The translations under genes were made by a program, and so were the position numbers. From Squalus acanthias (lineage: Eukaryota), in the NCBI GenBank assembly GCA_030390025.1, contig JASTWF010000034.1:3472001-3536000 (forward strand): a DNA stretch of 64,000 bases. Reading direction: 5' to 3'. Positions 37,256 through 49,362 of the stretch are shown here, one piece after another; within the stretch, counting starts at the first letter, position 1, and each line of letters opens with the position of its first letter. The notes beneath the pieces were generated by a model, which saw only the letters and a list, made by a program, of their open reading frames with translations, was not told where the DNA came from and did not search any database.

Positions 37256-40200
37256 CGCGAGCCCAAGCGCCAGGCTGGCCAAGACCCGAGTGGCGAGGCA
37301 GCCTCCTCGACCACCACTAGTAGCGAGGCAGAAACCTCTACCACAACCAGCCATCGGTCCCTTACCGCTATTGAAGTAGGGTCATTAAAGTCTAACCTGG
37401 CGCGGGGAATATGGAGACCAGCCCCCTGAACCTCAGGCAGTGGTGGAGGATTTTTATAATCACCCGCCCAGAACTAGAAGGGAATGACTTCACACAGGTC
37501 CTCCTGGATGCATGTTCCTCTGGATTAAAACAAGAAATGGACCTGGACATACTGAGGGGGCACAATATATGAGATTGAGTTAGAACTAGGCCAAACAATA
37601 GGGCAGGAGGGCATTGATTTTCACCAGATCCCAGCTAACACCAAACAGGGCCCTACCGAAAGCCCAAATGCCTTTTGACCATAAACTCCATGACTTCTTC
37701 CAGGGGCGGTGGAGGGAATTATTTCAGTAACCCGGGACTAAAAATCCACTTTTTGAACGGCCTCCATCCATTGGTCCGTAACGACCTGGGCGTTTACGTC
37801 TCCAAAGACACCCGTGGGAACAAGTACGCACCTATGCCAGGACTGCTTGGGATCAGACCATTGCCAATATCCCTAGGACACCTGCCAAGGCTGCAGTAGC
37901 GGCCGTTGAGGGCCCGCTGCCTAATTAAAAGTCAGGGCCATCTAGAACTCCAGTTAAAGTGCTTCCGTCGCTGCTATCTCTGCCACCGTCTAGGCCACTA
38001 TACCAGTCAATGCAACAATGGTCACAACCCCGCGAGACAGACAGGCCCCGACTCACTCGAACGACGACTAGAAAGGATGGAGGCAGCATTCGAGGCTTTG
38101 ACCATCGGCCAGGGAGCCCGACCGGTCGCTGTGGTACATCAGCAACCCGAGTCAACAGCGTAATTTCGACCTCCCTTGTGACTCCCGCAGGCCCCTCAGG
38201 GGGAAGCAATTTCCCCTCTCCGATACGATGGTGGTGGAGACCGGTAATCCGCACTGTTGACTCTGGAGGCCGTCAAATATTCATGTTGGTCCACTCCAGC
38301 CCCGCCGCCACCATCATTCATGACCCCCACCCTGATCCTACTCAGGGAGTGCCCCAAGTTCTATCGGGCTTCGACAATTCGACACAGACGACCATACAGG
38401 GGTCCCTTCCATTGCTGTTAGACGTGGACAGGGTTCAGGTCACTCTCCTGTCTCCCATCTCTATGTCTATGGGCAGAGACTGTTGGGTAGCGATGTGCTA
38501 AAAAGGCACCGAGTGGTGATTGATTATGACAACAATTGTATCTGGTGGAACATTAAAAACGGACCCCCTACTCCGGTATATAGCGCGCACTCTGTATTCG
38601 CGATTAAAAAAGACAGAGCAGTACGAGCCAGCCACCTCTGATGACCCGGAGGTACAGGCGATCCGAGAGTCTGTCCCGGGCGCATTTACAACCCAGAACT
38701 ATAATTGCGGAAGCATGACTGAGCCTGAGGAGATCAACGGCCCGATACATGCACCTGTAAAACAACACTCGTATCCAGCCGAGAGCGTACCGTCTTTTCG
38801 AGCCACCATCGAGTCATTGTTAAAGCAGGGTTTTGTTCGCCAAGGCACATTTACAACTAACTCCCCAGTTTGGCCGGTTGGGAAACCAGACGACAGCTGG
38901 TGACTAGATATCGATTACCACAAACTCAATTCAGTCACCCCCGCGATGCTCGGGAGGCACCCACCCAACTCTCTCAGCTTCCCAGCAGAAGGACTGTCTT
39001 CGCAACCCTAGATATTTCTAATGGCTTTTGGAGAATCCCAGTAAGACAGGAAGATCAGTTTAAATTCGCATTTACCTTCGAGGATCAGGGTTCCACCTGG
39101 ACGTGCTTGCCGCAGGGGTTCCATGATGCCCCCACTATTTTCCACAAGCTTATGGCCAGGGTTCTGAAGAGCTTTTCACTACCTTCCTGTTTGATTCAAT
39201 ATGTTGATGATATCATGCTTGCTACCACAGACAGTGCCCAGCACCTAACCCTCCTACAACAACTATTGCGACTACTGAAGGGGGGCCAGACTAAAAGTTC
39301 ACCCACGTAAGGCCCATTTGGCGCAGGACTGTGTTACCTTTTCAGGCGTCCGAATCGGAGCATCCGGCATCAGGCCGGACCAGCACAAGGTCGAAACCAC
39401 CCAGCGTCTATCCCTACCCACCTGAAAGACCGCACTGCGTTCCTTCCATGGGCTGGTGGGATATCAGCGGACCTTCATTCCACGGTTCACAGAGACTGCT
39501 GCACCACTTTATGAACTACTTAAAGGAGATGACCATCATGTCCAAGCGGGCTGGACTGAGGGCTGCACGGTCGCAGTGGCGCCATTGAAGCAAGCCGTCG
39601 CACAGGCCACATGTCTGGTATCACCCAATCCCAGCAAACCCTTCCACATGGAGGTCGGAACCACGGAGAAAGGCCCACCGCTGCCCTATGCCAAGATAAC
39701 CAGTGAGGATTACTACCTATTGCATCGGCCTCCAGAATTTTAAGGGGCGTCGAACTGACTGACTCCACTTGTGAAAGAAAATCGTTTTCCACGATCTGGG
39801 CCGTCAAACACTTCACCTACAATATGGCGATCAACCGGGTGATACTGCATAGTCCACACTCACCTCTGAGCCTGTTGCTCCGGCCCAGAGACACGCTGGT
39901 ATCATCAGCCCGGCTGAGCCATTGGACATTGGAACTGACTCAGCGTGACCTGGAGGTCACTCCCAAACCAATTACCTTACTGTCTCAGCCTCTCCTGTAC
40001 GACGGACCGCCGCACGAATGTTCCCTTCCTCCGCTAGACTTCCGCACCCCTTCGGTCCAGGCAGAGCTGATTGAGGAGGCACCGGATGCCTTTATGGAGG
40101 GATAGTCATTTCACAAGGAGGGTAAACCGTGCACAGGTTTCTCCATTATTTTGCCGAATGAGGTCTATCAGTACAAATGTACCCCTCATTCGGCACAATA

Positions 40201-41300
40201 TACAGGGTTGGCTGCCCTCGTCACTGCCATTCAGATTACCTGTTCTCAAAGTATGAACATTTGGTCCAACAGTGCCTATGCTATCAACACCCTGCTCTTC
40301 TTACCCCTGTGTGCCCGGAATAACTTTTGCTCGACCGACGGTAAACCCTTGCTACACGCGGTCTTTTTTCGGGTTCTGGACGCGGTGTTGCGGGGCCGTA
40401 CGGCACCTGTCTATGTGGGCAAAGTTAGGGCACATTCCCGCTCCATGGAACCACTAGCTAGGGGTAACTCCTTGGCAGACAAGGCAGCAAAGCAGGCCGG
40501 CATAGAGGCCTGTTTGTGGGGGCAAAACCCCAGGAACCTGACACGCTACCCGTATCAGCTGTAAGCCCGGCCAACGATCCAGCCTCCTTGCAAGCCATGA
40601 ACGACCCATACTCGGTCGTAATCGCATGGCACCAGCAGGGCCAGCCCTTACTGGCCCCAACCCCGTTAACCCCGCTCACCTCCCTTCACCAGGATGCGCC
40701 CGGCACCCTGCTACACATCCTCATATACGTCAGTACCCCGGATGTCTGCGTCACCTGCGTCCCCCCGGCTATGGGAGAAGAATTATTCGATTTACTACGG
40801 ACCCTGGACACACATCCAGATAGACTTGTCACGGCGCCGTCGGGCTACAAATACTGTCTGGTCCTAATAGACACATTGATGAAATGCATTGAGGCTTTCC
40901 GCTGTAGAATGAACACAGCCCTGACAGCAGCAAAACTGCTTTTGTGTGAGGTGGTCTGGAGGTGGGGAATAACAATCCAGGTAGATAGTAACCAAGTGAC
41001 TCATTTTACCAGCAAAATTTTATGAGAACTTCAGAGACTCATGAAAATCTCCCACAAATTGCATTTGGTGCACCACCCACAATCATCAGGGGTAGTGGAG
41101 TGTGGAAATCGAACCCTTAAAACCATGCTGGGAAAGTTTTATACGGACCACCCCACACAGTGGTTTAACATGTTACCCAACTGTCTGATGGCCAAGAGTG
41201 CAACCCCTCATAGCACCACAGGTATTTCAGCTAAACAGGCTATGACGGGGCGGTAATTTGAAGGCCTGCCCACCTCCTCACTCCACCCCTCACCCCACTT
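37256..41300 (+). mobile_element. Second retrovirus-like gag-pol remnant (no LTRs), related to but diverged from 21011-32879
   Basis: CYLCHRLGHYTSQC knuckle; NSPVWPVGKPD; WTCLPQGFHDAPTIFH; YVDD; FHMEV tether; WSNSAY..VRAH..GNSLAD RNase H; IN (WRWG..VDSNQVTHFT, HPQSSGVVE). Confidence 0.9.
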
Positions 41301-41310
41301 CTCCAGGGGG

Positions 41311-43000
41311 CAAGGCCAGCATTTATTGCCCATCCTTAGTTGCCCTTGAGAATGTGGTGGAGAGCCGCTTTCTTGAACCGCTGCAGTCCATGTGGTGAAG
41401 GTACTCCCACAGTGCTGTTAGGTAGGGAGTTCCAGGATTTTGACCCAGCAACAACGATGAAGAATCGGCGATATACTTCTAAGTCAGGCTGGTGTGTGTA
41501 TTGGAGGGGGACCTTGGAGAAGGTGCTGTTCCCATGCACCTGCTGCCCTTGTCCTTCTAGGTGGAAGCGTTCGCGGGTTTGGGATGTGCTGCCGAAGAAG
41601 GCTTGGTGAATTGCTTTAGTGCATCTAGTAGATGTGACACACTGCACCCACGGAATGCCGGTGGTGGAGGGATAGAATGTTTAAGATGGTAGTTGGGGTG
41701 CCAATCAAGCGGGCTGCTTTGTCCTGGATGGAGTCGAGCTTCTTGATTGGTCTTGGAACTGCACTCATCCATGCAAGTGGAGAGTATATTCCATCACACT
41801 CCTTACTTGTGCGATGTAGATGGTGGAAAGCCTTTGGGGAGTGAGGAGATGAGACACTCGCCGCAGAATTCCTAGCCTCTGACTTGCTCTTGTTGCCACA
41901 GTATTTATGTGGCTGGTCCAGTTAAGTTTCTGGTCAATGGTGACCAAAAGGATATTGATGATGGAGGATTCGACGATGGTAATGTCGTTGAAAGTCAAGG
42001 GGAGGTGGTTAGACTCTCGATTGTTGGAGATAGTCATTGCCTTGCACGTCTATGGCGCGAATGTTACCTGCCACTTGTAAGCCCATGCCTGAATGTCATC
42101 CAGGTCTTTTTGCATGCGGGCATGGACTGCTTCATTATCTGTAGAGCTGTGAATGGCACTGAACACTGTGCAGTCATCAGCGAACACTACTATTTCTGAC
42201 CTTATGTTGAAGGGGAAGTCATTGATGAAGCAGCTGAAGACGGTTGGGCCTAGGTCACTGCCCTGACGAACACCTGCAGCGATGTCCTGGGGCTGTGATG
42301 ATTGACATTCAGCCACCACAGTCATCTTCCTTTCTGCTAGGTATGACTGCAGCCAGTGGAGAGTTTTACCCCCGATTCCCATTGACTTCAGTTTGACTAG
42401 GGCTCCTTGATGCCACATTCGGTCAAATGCTGCCTTGAAGTCAAGGGCAGTCACTCTCACCTCGCCTCTGGAATTCAGCTCCTTTGTCCATGTTTGGACC
42501 AAGGCCGTAATGAGGTCGGGAGCAGAGTGGTCTTGGCAGATCCCAAACTGGGCATCAGTGAGCAGGTTATTGGTAAGTAAGTGCCGCTAGCACTGTCGAT
42601 GACACCTTCTGTCACGTTGCTGGTGATTGAGAGTAGACTGATGTGGCAGTAACTGGCCGCATTGGATTTGTCCTGATTTTTGTGGACAGGGCTTACCTGG
42701 GCAGTTTTCCACATTGTCGGATATATGCCAGTGTTGTAGCTGTACTGGAATTGCTTGGCTAGAGGCGCGGCTAGTTCTGGAGCACAAGTCTTCAGCACGA
42801 CAGCCGGGATGTTGTCGGGGCTCACAGCCTTTGTTGTATCCAGTGCGCTCAGCCGTTTCTTGATATCATGTGGAGTGAATCGAATTGGCTGAAGACTGGC
42901 TTCTGTGATGGTGGGGACCTCAGGAGTAGGCCGATATGGATCGGCACTTCCAACTGAAGATGGTTGAAAACGTTTCAGCCTTGTCTTTCGCACTCACTTG
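41311..43000 (-). mobile_element. HER1-like CR1-clade LINE, 5'-truncated
   Basis: RT fragments (KTCAPELAAPL, LDFKAAFDRMWH, FADDCT); 3' end GGCAACTAAGGATGGGCAATAAATGCTGGCC shared with the SINE at 62713-63120. Confidence 0.85.
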
Positions 43001-43728
43001 CTTGAATTGTTACTGAGGGTAAGTGGGCAATCAATTCTGATTCCCCCTATCAGATTACAAGTAACAATTAGAATCTGGCTCAAAAACTGCAGAACTTCGA
43101 TTTTACACATGAGATAAGGACTCAATGCCTTCTTTTATCACCGAATCATACAGCACAGAAGGAGGCCATTCGGTCCATGGAGCCTGTGCCGATCCTTTGA
43201 AAGAGCTATTCAATTAGTCCCAATCCCCTGTTCTTTTCCTATAGCCCTGCAAATCCCTCACTTCCAGTATTGATCCCATTCCCTTTTTAAATTTATTATT
43301 GAATCTGCTTCTATCACCTTTCCAGGCAATGCATTCCAGATCATAACAACTCGCTGCATAAAACATATTCTCCTCATCTTCCCTCTGTTTTTTTGCCAAT
43401 TATCCTAAATCTTTGTCTTTTGGTTCCGAACCCTTCCGCCACTGGAAACAATTTCTCATTATTTACTCTGTCCAAATCCTTGAACAACTCTATTAAATCT
43501 CCCCTTAACCTTCTCTGCTCGAAGGGGGAAAATCTCAGCTTCTCCAGTCTCTCCGTATAACTGAAACGTCTCACCTCTGGTACCGTTCTCGTAAATCTCT
43601 TCTGCGCCTTCTCCAAGGCCTTGACGTCCTTCATGAAGTGCAATGCCAACAATTAAACACTCAGAATTAACATTTATAAAGGTTTAGCATAATGTCCTTG
43701 CTTTTCTACTCTATGCCTCTATTTATAA

Positions 43729-43918
43729 AATTGAGAGGTCGCACAACACCAGGTTATAGTCCAACAGTTTTATTTGAAATCACAAGCTTTCGGAGCTTAA
43801 TACTCAGTAAGCTCCGAAAGCTTGTGATTTCAATTAAAACTGTTGGACTATAACCTGGTGTTGTGCGACCTCTCAATTTTGTCCACCCCAGTCCAACACC
43901 AGCATCTCCGCATCATGA
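43729..43918. mobile_element. Penelope-like pseudo-LTR inserted as an inverted repeat
   Basis: Arms about 43727-43799 and 43810-43880 are nearly perfect reverse complements; sequence matches the pLTR at 51998-52102; 13-bp TSD CCTCTATTTATAA (43716-43728, 43919-43931). Confidence 0.9.
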
Positions 43919-44135
43919 CCTCTATTTATAATGCCAAAGCTCCTGCATGTGTTTTTAATAGTCTTATCAAGTTGTCCTGCCACCTTCAAAGATTTGTGCA
44001 CATAAACCCCCACGTCTCTCTGTACCTGCACTCCATTTAATAAAATTGTACCATTTAGTTTATATTGCCTCTCCTCATTTTTTCTCCCAAAGTGTATCAC
44101 TTCACATTACTCTCTGTTAAATTTTATCTGCCATG

Positions 44136-44598
44136 TGTCAGCTGTGGTTCAGTGGGTGGCACACTCGCCTGAGTCAGAAGGTTGTGGGGTCAAACCTTTG
44201 TCCAAGGACTTGAGCACATAAATCTAGGCTGACACTCCAGTGCGTTGCTGAGGGAGCGCTGCACTGTCGGAGGTGCTGTCTTTTGAATGAGACGTTAAAT
44301 CGAAGCCCTGTCCACTCTCTCAGGTGGATGTAAAAGAATCCATGGCACTATTTCGAAGAAGAGTTATACCCTGTGTCCTGGCCAATATTTATTGCTCAAT
44401 CAACATAACAATAAAAACCAGATTATCTGGTCATTATTACATTCATGTTAGTGGGTGCTTGCTGTTTACAAATTGGCTGCCGCGTTTCCCACATTACGAC
44501 AGTGACTACACTCCAAAAGTACTTCATTGTCTGTAAAGCGCTTTGAGACATCCAGTGGTCATGAAATGCGCTATATAAATGCAAGACTTTCTTTTTTT
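44136..44598 (+). mobile_element. tRNA-derived DeuSINE (SacSINE1-like)
   Basis: A/B-box-like head, Deu-type core (GATGTAAAAGAATCCATGGCACTATTTCGAAGAAGAG..GTCCTGGCCAATATTTA), tail GCGCTATATAAATGCAAG followed by a T-run. Confidence 0.75.
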
Positions 44599-45366
44599 AT
44601 GTTGTTGCCCATTTCACCAGTCTGTCTATGTGCTCTTGAAGTCTGCTACTCTCCTCTCTGTTTGCTATATTTCTGACTTCCGTGTCATCTCCAAACTTTG
44701 AAATTATGCCTTTAGACTTAAGTCCAGGCCTTTACTGTCTATCTAAAAGAGCACTGGTCCTAATATCGACCCTCGGGGACACCACTGTTCACTCTCCATC
44801 TGTCTGAAAAAACACCCGTTTACCACTACTCTCTGTTATCTGTCGCTCAGCCGATGTCGTATCCACTGCCCCTTTAATCCCATGAGTTTCCGTTTCCTTA
44901 TCAAGTCTATTAAGTGGCACTTAATCAAACGCCTTTTGAAAGTCCATATACACAACATCAACCGCACTACCCTCATCAACCCTCTTCGTTACTTCATCAG
45001 AAACTCAATCAAGTTTGCCAGACAGACGGGACTTTAAACAATCTGTGCTGGTTGTCATTTATTAATCAATCTTTTTCCAAAGACAGATAATTTTGTGCTG
45101 GAATATGGCCTCTAGAAGTTTCCCCACCACTGACGTTAGGCTGACTGGCCTGCAGTTACTTTCACTCTCTCCTTTTTTAAACAGGGTGTAACATTTTCAA
45201 CCCTTCAGTCCTCTGGCGCAACTCCCATATCCGAGGATGATTGAAATATTCTGGCCAGTGCCTGCGCTATTTCCACCATTCCTTCCCTCAGCAACCTTCA
45301 TACGTCCCATCCGGATCGGGTAAATGTTCTACTTTACTGTGGTTCAAAAATTGCTGGATTGAAAGG

Positions 45367-45520
45367 GGTTAACTAAAGCTGTTTGTTCAGTGACCGTAAT
45401 TAATGTCAGTCTCCACGGGTTAACTAAAGCTGTTTGTTCAGTGATCGTAATTAATGTCAGTCTCCACGGGTTAACTAAAGCTGTTTGTTTAGTGACTGTA
45501 ATTAATGTCAGTCTCCATGG
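45367..45520. repeat. Three tandem ~51-bp repeats upstream of the GPCR exon
   Basis: GGGTTAACTAAAGCTGTTTGTTCAGTGACCGTAATTAATGTCAGTCTCCAC x3. Confidence 0.92.
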
Positions 45521-45654
45521 ACGCTAATTGTATCATTGCAGGGTTTCCCTCTTCTATTAATAAGAGACTCCTTTCAATGTGTTGTCCCATAGTTTGATGA
45601 GAGCATCACCTCCGGCACTAACAGGGATCAGCGCGCTGCTCCACAGAGAGAGAG

Positions 45655-45775
45655 TCGGAATCTGAGCACGGTAGATTGGAATGTTACAACAATGGCTCAG
45701 AATCTGAGAACAGTAAATTGAAATGTTACAACAATGGCTCAGAATCTGAGAACAGTAGATTGGAATGTTACAACA
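45655..45775. repeat. 42-bp tandem repeat spanning the GPCR start codon
   Basis: ATGGCTCAGAATCTGAGAACAGTA(G/A)ATTG(G/A)AATGTTACAACA at 45692 and 45734, plus a degenerate upstream copy. Confidence 0.9.
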
Positions 45776-45914
45776 AAGGGCAGGAGTTTCAGCTGGCTGT
45801 TTGACTATTTTTCTGCAAATTATGATAGTATAGCATTAGAATATCGGATCTATTACGGACTTCAGATTATTCAATACATTTACTATCCCCTCCTTGCTGC
45901 TGTTGGTGTTCCTG
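45734..45914 (+). CDS. Candidate first coding exon of a class A GPCR, GPR139/GPR142-like (N-terminus plus start of TM1)
   Basis: MAQNLRTVDWNVTT..IQYIYYPLLAAVGVP followed by a phase-1 donor CCTG|GTAAGT; N-glycosylation sequon NVT; YYP..A.GVP resembles TM1 of this family. Exon 2 not recognised in the window. Confidence 0.72.
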
Positions 45915-46185
45915 GTAAGTCTGTCTATCCAGCTATTAATTCTATAAACCTTGTTTAACTGAGATACTGTCCTTGTCATTTACTCTCCCCTCCTTATTGC
46001 GGTTGTTGTTCCAGGTAATTATCTGTATCCAGCTATTAACTCTAAAAATCTTTGCTAACTGTATTACTGTTCTTGTAATTTACTATCTCTCATCTCTGCT
46101 GCTGTTGGTGTCCCTGGTAAGTCTCTATATCCAGCAATTAGATCTGTAAACCACTTTTCACTGTACTATTGTTTTTGTCATTTAA
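45876..46185 (+). repeat. ~101-bp triplication of the exon end, splice donor and intron start
   Basis: ATTTACT(A/C)TC..TGTTG(G/T)TGT(T/C)CC(T/A)GGTAA at about 45878, 45978 and 46078. Confidence 0.85.
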
Positions 46186-46187
46186 AT

Positions 46188-46672
46188 CTTGGGAAGAGCA
46201 AAGCCATTGTCTTCGGTCCTCGACACAAAGTCCATTCTCTATCGACTGACTCAAACCCCCTCCCTGGTCAATGTCTGAGGCTGAACCAGACTGTTTACAA
46301 CTTCTGCGATCTCTTTGTCCGTGAGCTGAGTTCCGAACTCATATCTTCTGAATCATAAGTCCTGTCGACTACCACCTCCAAAATTTCACCCATCTCCGCC
46401 CCGCCTCAGCCCTTCCACTGCATAAATCCTCATCCATGCCTTTGTTAAATCCAGACTCGACTATTCCAATGTTCCCCTGGCCGGCCTCCCAGTTACAAGC
46501 CTCAATAAACTAGAGCTCATCCAAAACTCTGCCACCCGTATCCTAATTTGCATCATGTCCTGTTCACCCATCAACCCTGTGATCACTGACCTACATTTGC
46601 TCCTGATCCGGTAACAACTCGATTTTAATATTCTCCTCCTCATGTTCAAATCCCTCCATGGCCTCACCCCTG
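46188..46672 (+). mobile_element. L2 LINE ORF2 fragment
   Basis: CTCATCCATGCCTTTGTTAAATCCAGACTCGACTATTCCAAT encodes LIHAFV.SRLDYSN, a typical L2 motif. Confidence 0.8.
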
Positions 46673-46863
46673 CAATTATTCCCATTCCCTTGCTCTTTTC
46701 CCATAGTCCTGCAAATTGTTCCCCTTCAGGTACTTAACCAATTCCGCTTTTAAAGGTAATTTCTTTCCCTCTGTTCCTCTCCCTTTCATTCAACCTCTAT
46801 TTTTAATTCACTCTTTCACCCTTTCTCTATCTCCCCCTCTTCTCTCTCTCTCTGTCTCTTGCT

Positions 46864-47395
46864 CATAGAATCATAGAAAGGTACAGCAAAGACAGACACC
46901 TTTTGGCCCATCCTGTCCGTGCCGTCTCTTTGAAAGAGTTATCAATTTAGTCCTACTCTTGAATCAGAGCCCTGTAAAAAATTCCTCTTCATCTAATTAT
47001 CCCAATCCTTTTCGAAAGTTACTATAGAATCTGCTTCCACCACGTTCTCAGACAGTACATTCCAGATCACAATAACTCACTGATTAACGAAAATTATCCT
47101 CATCTCTCCTCTGGTTCTTTTGCCAATTACTTTAAATCTGTTTCCTATGGTTACCCACCATTCTGTCTCTGGAAACAGATTTACTTACTCTATCAAAACC
47201 CATCATAATTTTTAACATCTATATTAAATCTCCCCTCATAGAAAAGGAAAACTATCGACCAGGTATAAAGGTTTTCAATTGGGGAAAGGCCACTTTTAAC
47301 AAGTTGAGATGTGATTTAGCAAAAGTGGACTGGAAACAGCTACTTGACAGGAAATCAGAGCAATGGGAAGCATTCAACGAGGAGATAGTGAAGGC
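46864..47395. mobile_element. Short CR1 fragments (minus 3' end, then a plus-strand ORF2 piece)
   Basis: CATAGAATCATAGAA tail; 47250-47395 resembles 29745-29880. Confidence 0.7.
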
Positions 47396-47945
47396 TTTCT
47401 CCTCTTCCTCCCACACACTGCCGGTTTTAAACATTTTATTAAATCTCCTGCTCTAGGCCATTCAGCCCATTTCAATTCATCCCTCCAGAACAACCATAGT
47501 CTTCACCCCATTGCTCAATCCAGTTGTTTCCTAAATCATTCCGGGGCTTTCACCACCATCGCTCGGCCTGGAGTCCATTGGAAGTGTTGATCATTCTCCT
47601 GATATCAGTCGGAAATAGTTCACTTTTAAATTTGAGCTCCATCCATCTTGTTCCTTCGCTCACAAAGTAATTTGAATTAATATTCCACGCAAGTTACTAA
47701 CTTGTTTATCTGTGTCACACTATGTCACATATGCCTCCATTCTAAGCTGAAATGTCCAAGGTGTAGATATTAACTCCAGCAGGTAAATTCCTCCCAGCGG
47801 GTATGCTTGTTCTGCAGGTTCGGATTGTATCTGCTGCTGCTCCTCCCTCCTCTGGCCGTTGTGCAGTATCTTCTCTCTGCTGCGCAGTACTGCTGTGTAT
47901 GTGCGAACCTGGTGCAATTTCGAACTCCTCTGCTTCTAGCTCTGT

Positions 47946-49072
47946 CATAAGAACGTAAGAACATAAGAAATAGGAGCATGAGTAGGCCATTTGACCCTTA
48001 GAGCTTGCTCCGCCATTCAATAAGATCATGGCTGATCTTCTACCTCATCTCCACTTTCCTGCACTATCCCCATATCCCTTGATTCCCTTAATAATCAAAA
48101 ATCTATCGAGCTCTGTCTTGAATATACTCAACGACTGAGCCTCCACGGACCTCTGGGGTAGAGAATTCCAAAGATTCACCTCCTTCTGAGTGAAGAAATT
48201 TCTCCTCTTCTCAGTCCTAAATGGCCGACCACTTATTCTGAAACTGTGACCCCTGGTTCTAGACTCCCCAGCCAGGGGAATCATGTTCCCTGCATCTACC
48301 CTGTCAAGCCCTGTAAGAATTGTGTTTGTTTCAATGAGATCAGCTCTCATTCTTTTAAACTCTCGAAAATTTAGGTCTAGTCTACTCAATCTCTCCTCAT
48401 AGGACAATCCGCCCATCCCAGGAACAAGTCTGGTGAACCTTCGTTGCACTCCCTGTATGAGAAGTATATCCTTCCTTAGATAAGGAGACCAAAGCTGTAC
48501 ATAATACTCTGGGTGTGGCCTCACCAGGTCCCTATATAATTGCAGTAAGACGTCTTTACTCTTATGCAGAAACACTCTTGTAATAAAGGCTAACATACCA
48601 TTTGTTTTCCTAAGTGCTTGCTGTACCTGCAGTTTAACTTTCAGTGATCCGTGTACAAGAACACCCAAATCCCTCTGAACAACAACATTTTCTAATCTCT
48701 CAACAGTTAAAATATAATCTGCTATTCTATTTTCCGACCAAAGTGGATAACTTCACAATTCTCCACGTTATAATCAATTTGCCCTGTTCTTGCCCACTCA
48801 CATCGCCTGTCTATATCCACTTGAAGCCTCCTTGCATCCTCTCACAACTTACATTCCCACCCAGCATTTATCATCAGCAAACATGGATACATTACATTTG
48901 GTCCCCTCATCTAAATCACGGATATAAATTGTGAATAGCTGAGGCCCAAGCACTGATCCTTGTGCTACCCCACTAGTTACAGCCTGCCAACCCGAAAATG
49001 ACTCTTTTATTCCTACTCGCTGTTTTCTGTCCGATAGCCAATCCTCAATCCATGCTAATGTATTACCCACAG
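47946..49072 (-). mobile_element. CR1 3' portion
   Basis: ORF 48045..48668 (LVRPHPEYYVQLWSP); [14 protein letters not shown]; (TTCTTATG)n tail. Confidence 0.93.
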
Positions 49073-49362
49073 TCGGATGAGCCCTAAACCCCTCAACCCT
49101 TCGGAACTCCTCGACCCTTCCTATATCCCTTGTAGCCCTTTCAATAAATCTCTCGACCATTATGCACATCTGACCGACACTCAACTGCATAAAACCTGTG
49201 CTCTTCGTAGTTTAGTCTGTGCTTGCAATTGCTAATACTTCCGATATTGGGATCTAAACATTTCAGGTGTCTGTCATCGACCCTTAAAGGTTTTTGTTCT
49301 TTTACAATCCATCATTACAACCACTTGTAGAGTTTTATGATTCCTTTTGACAAAAACATGCA

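Larger units (their letters stand above)
43143..45300 (-). mobile_element. Old CR1 3' portion hosting a Penelope-like hairpin and a SINE
   Basis: ORF fragments KALEKAQKRFTR and IHFGRKN; RT remnants at 44600-45300. Confidence 0.82.

Noticed and set aside
44136..44210. tRNA gene (also 62713-62790)
   Set aside because: Degenerate tRNA-derived SINE heads without a complete cloverleaf.
47400..47945. Possible host exon (also ORFs 49974..50408, 51338..51631, 55025..55309)
   Set aside because: No recognisable domain or convincing splice context; left unassigned.
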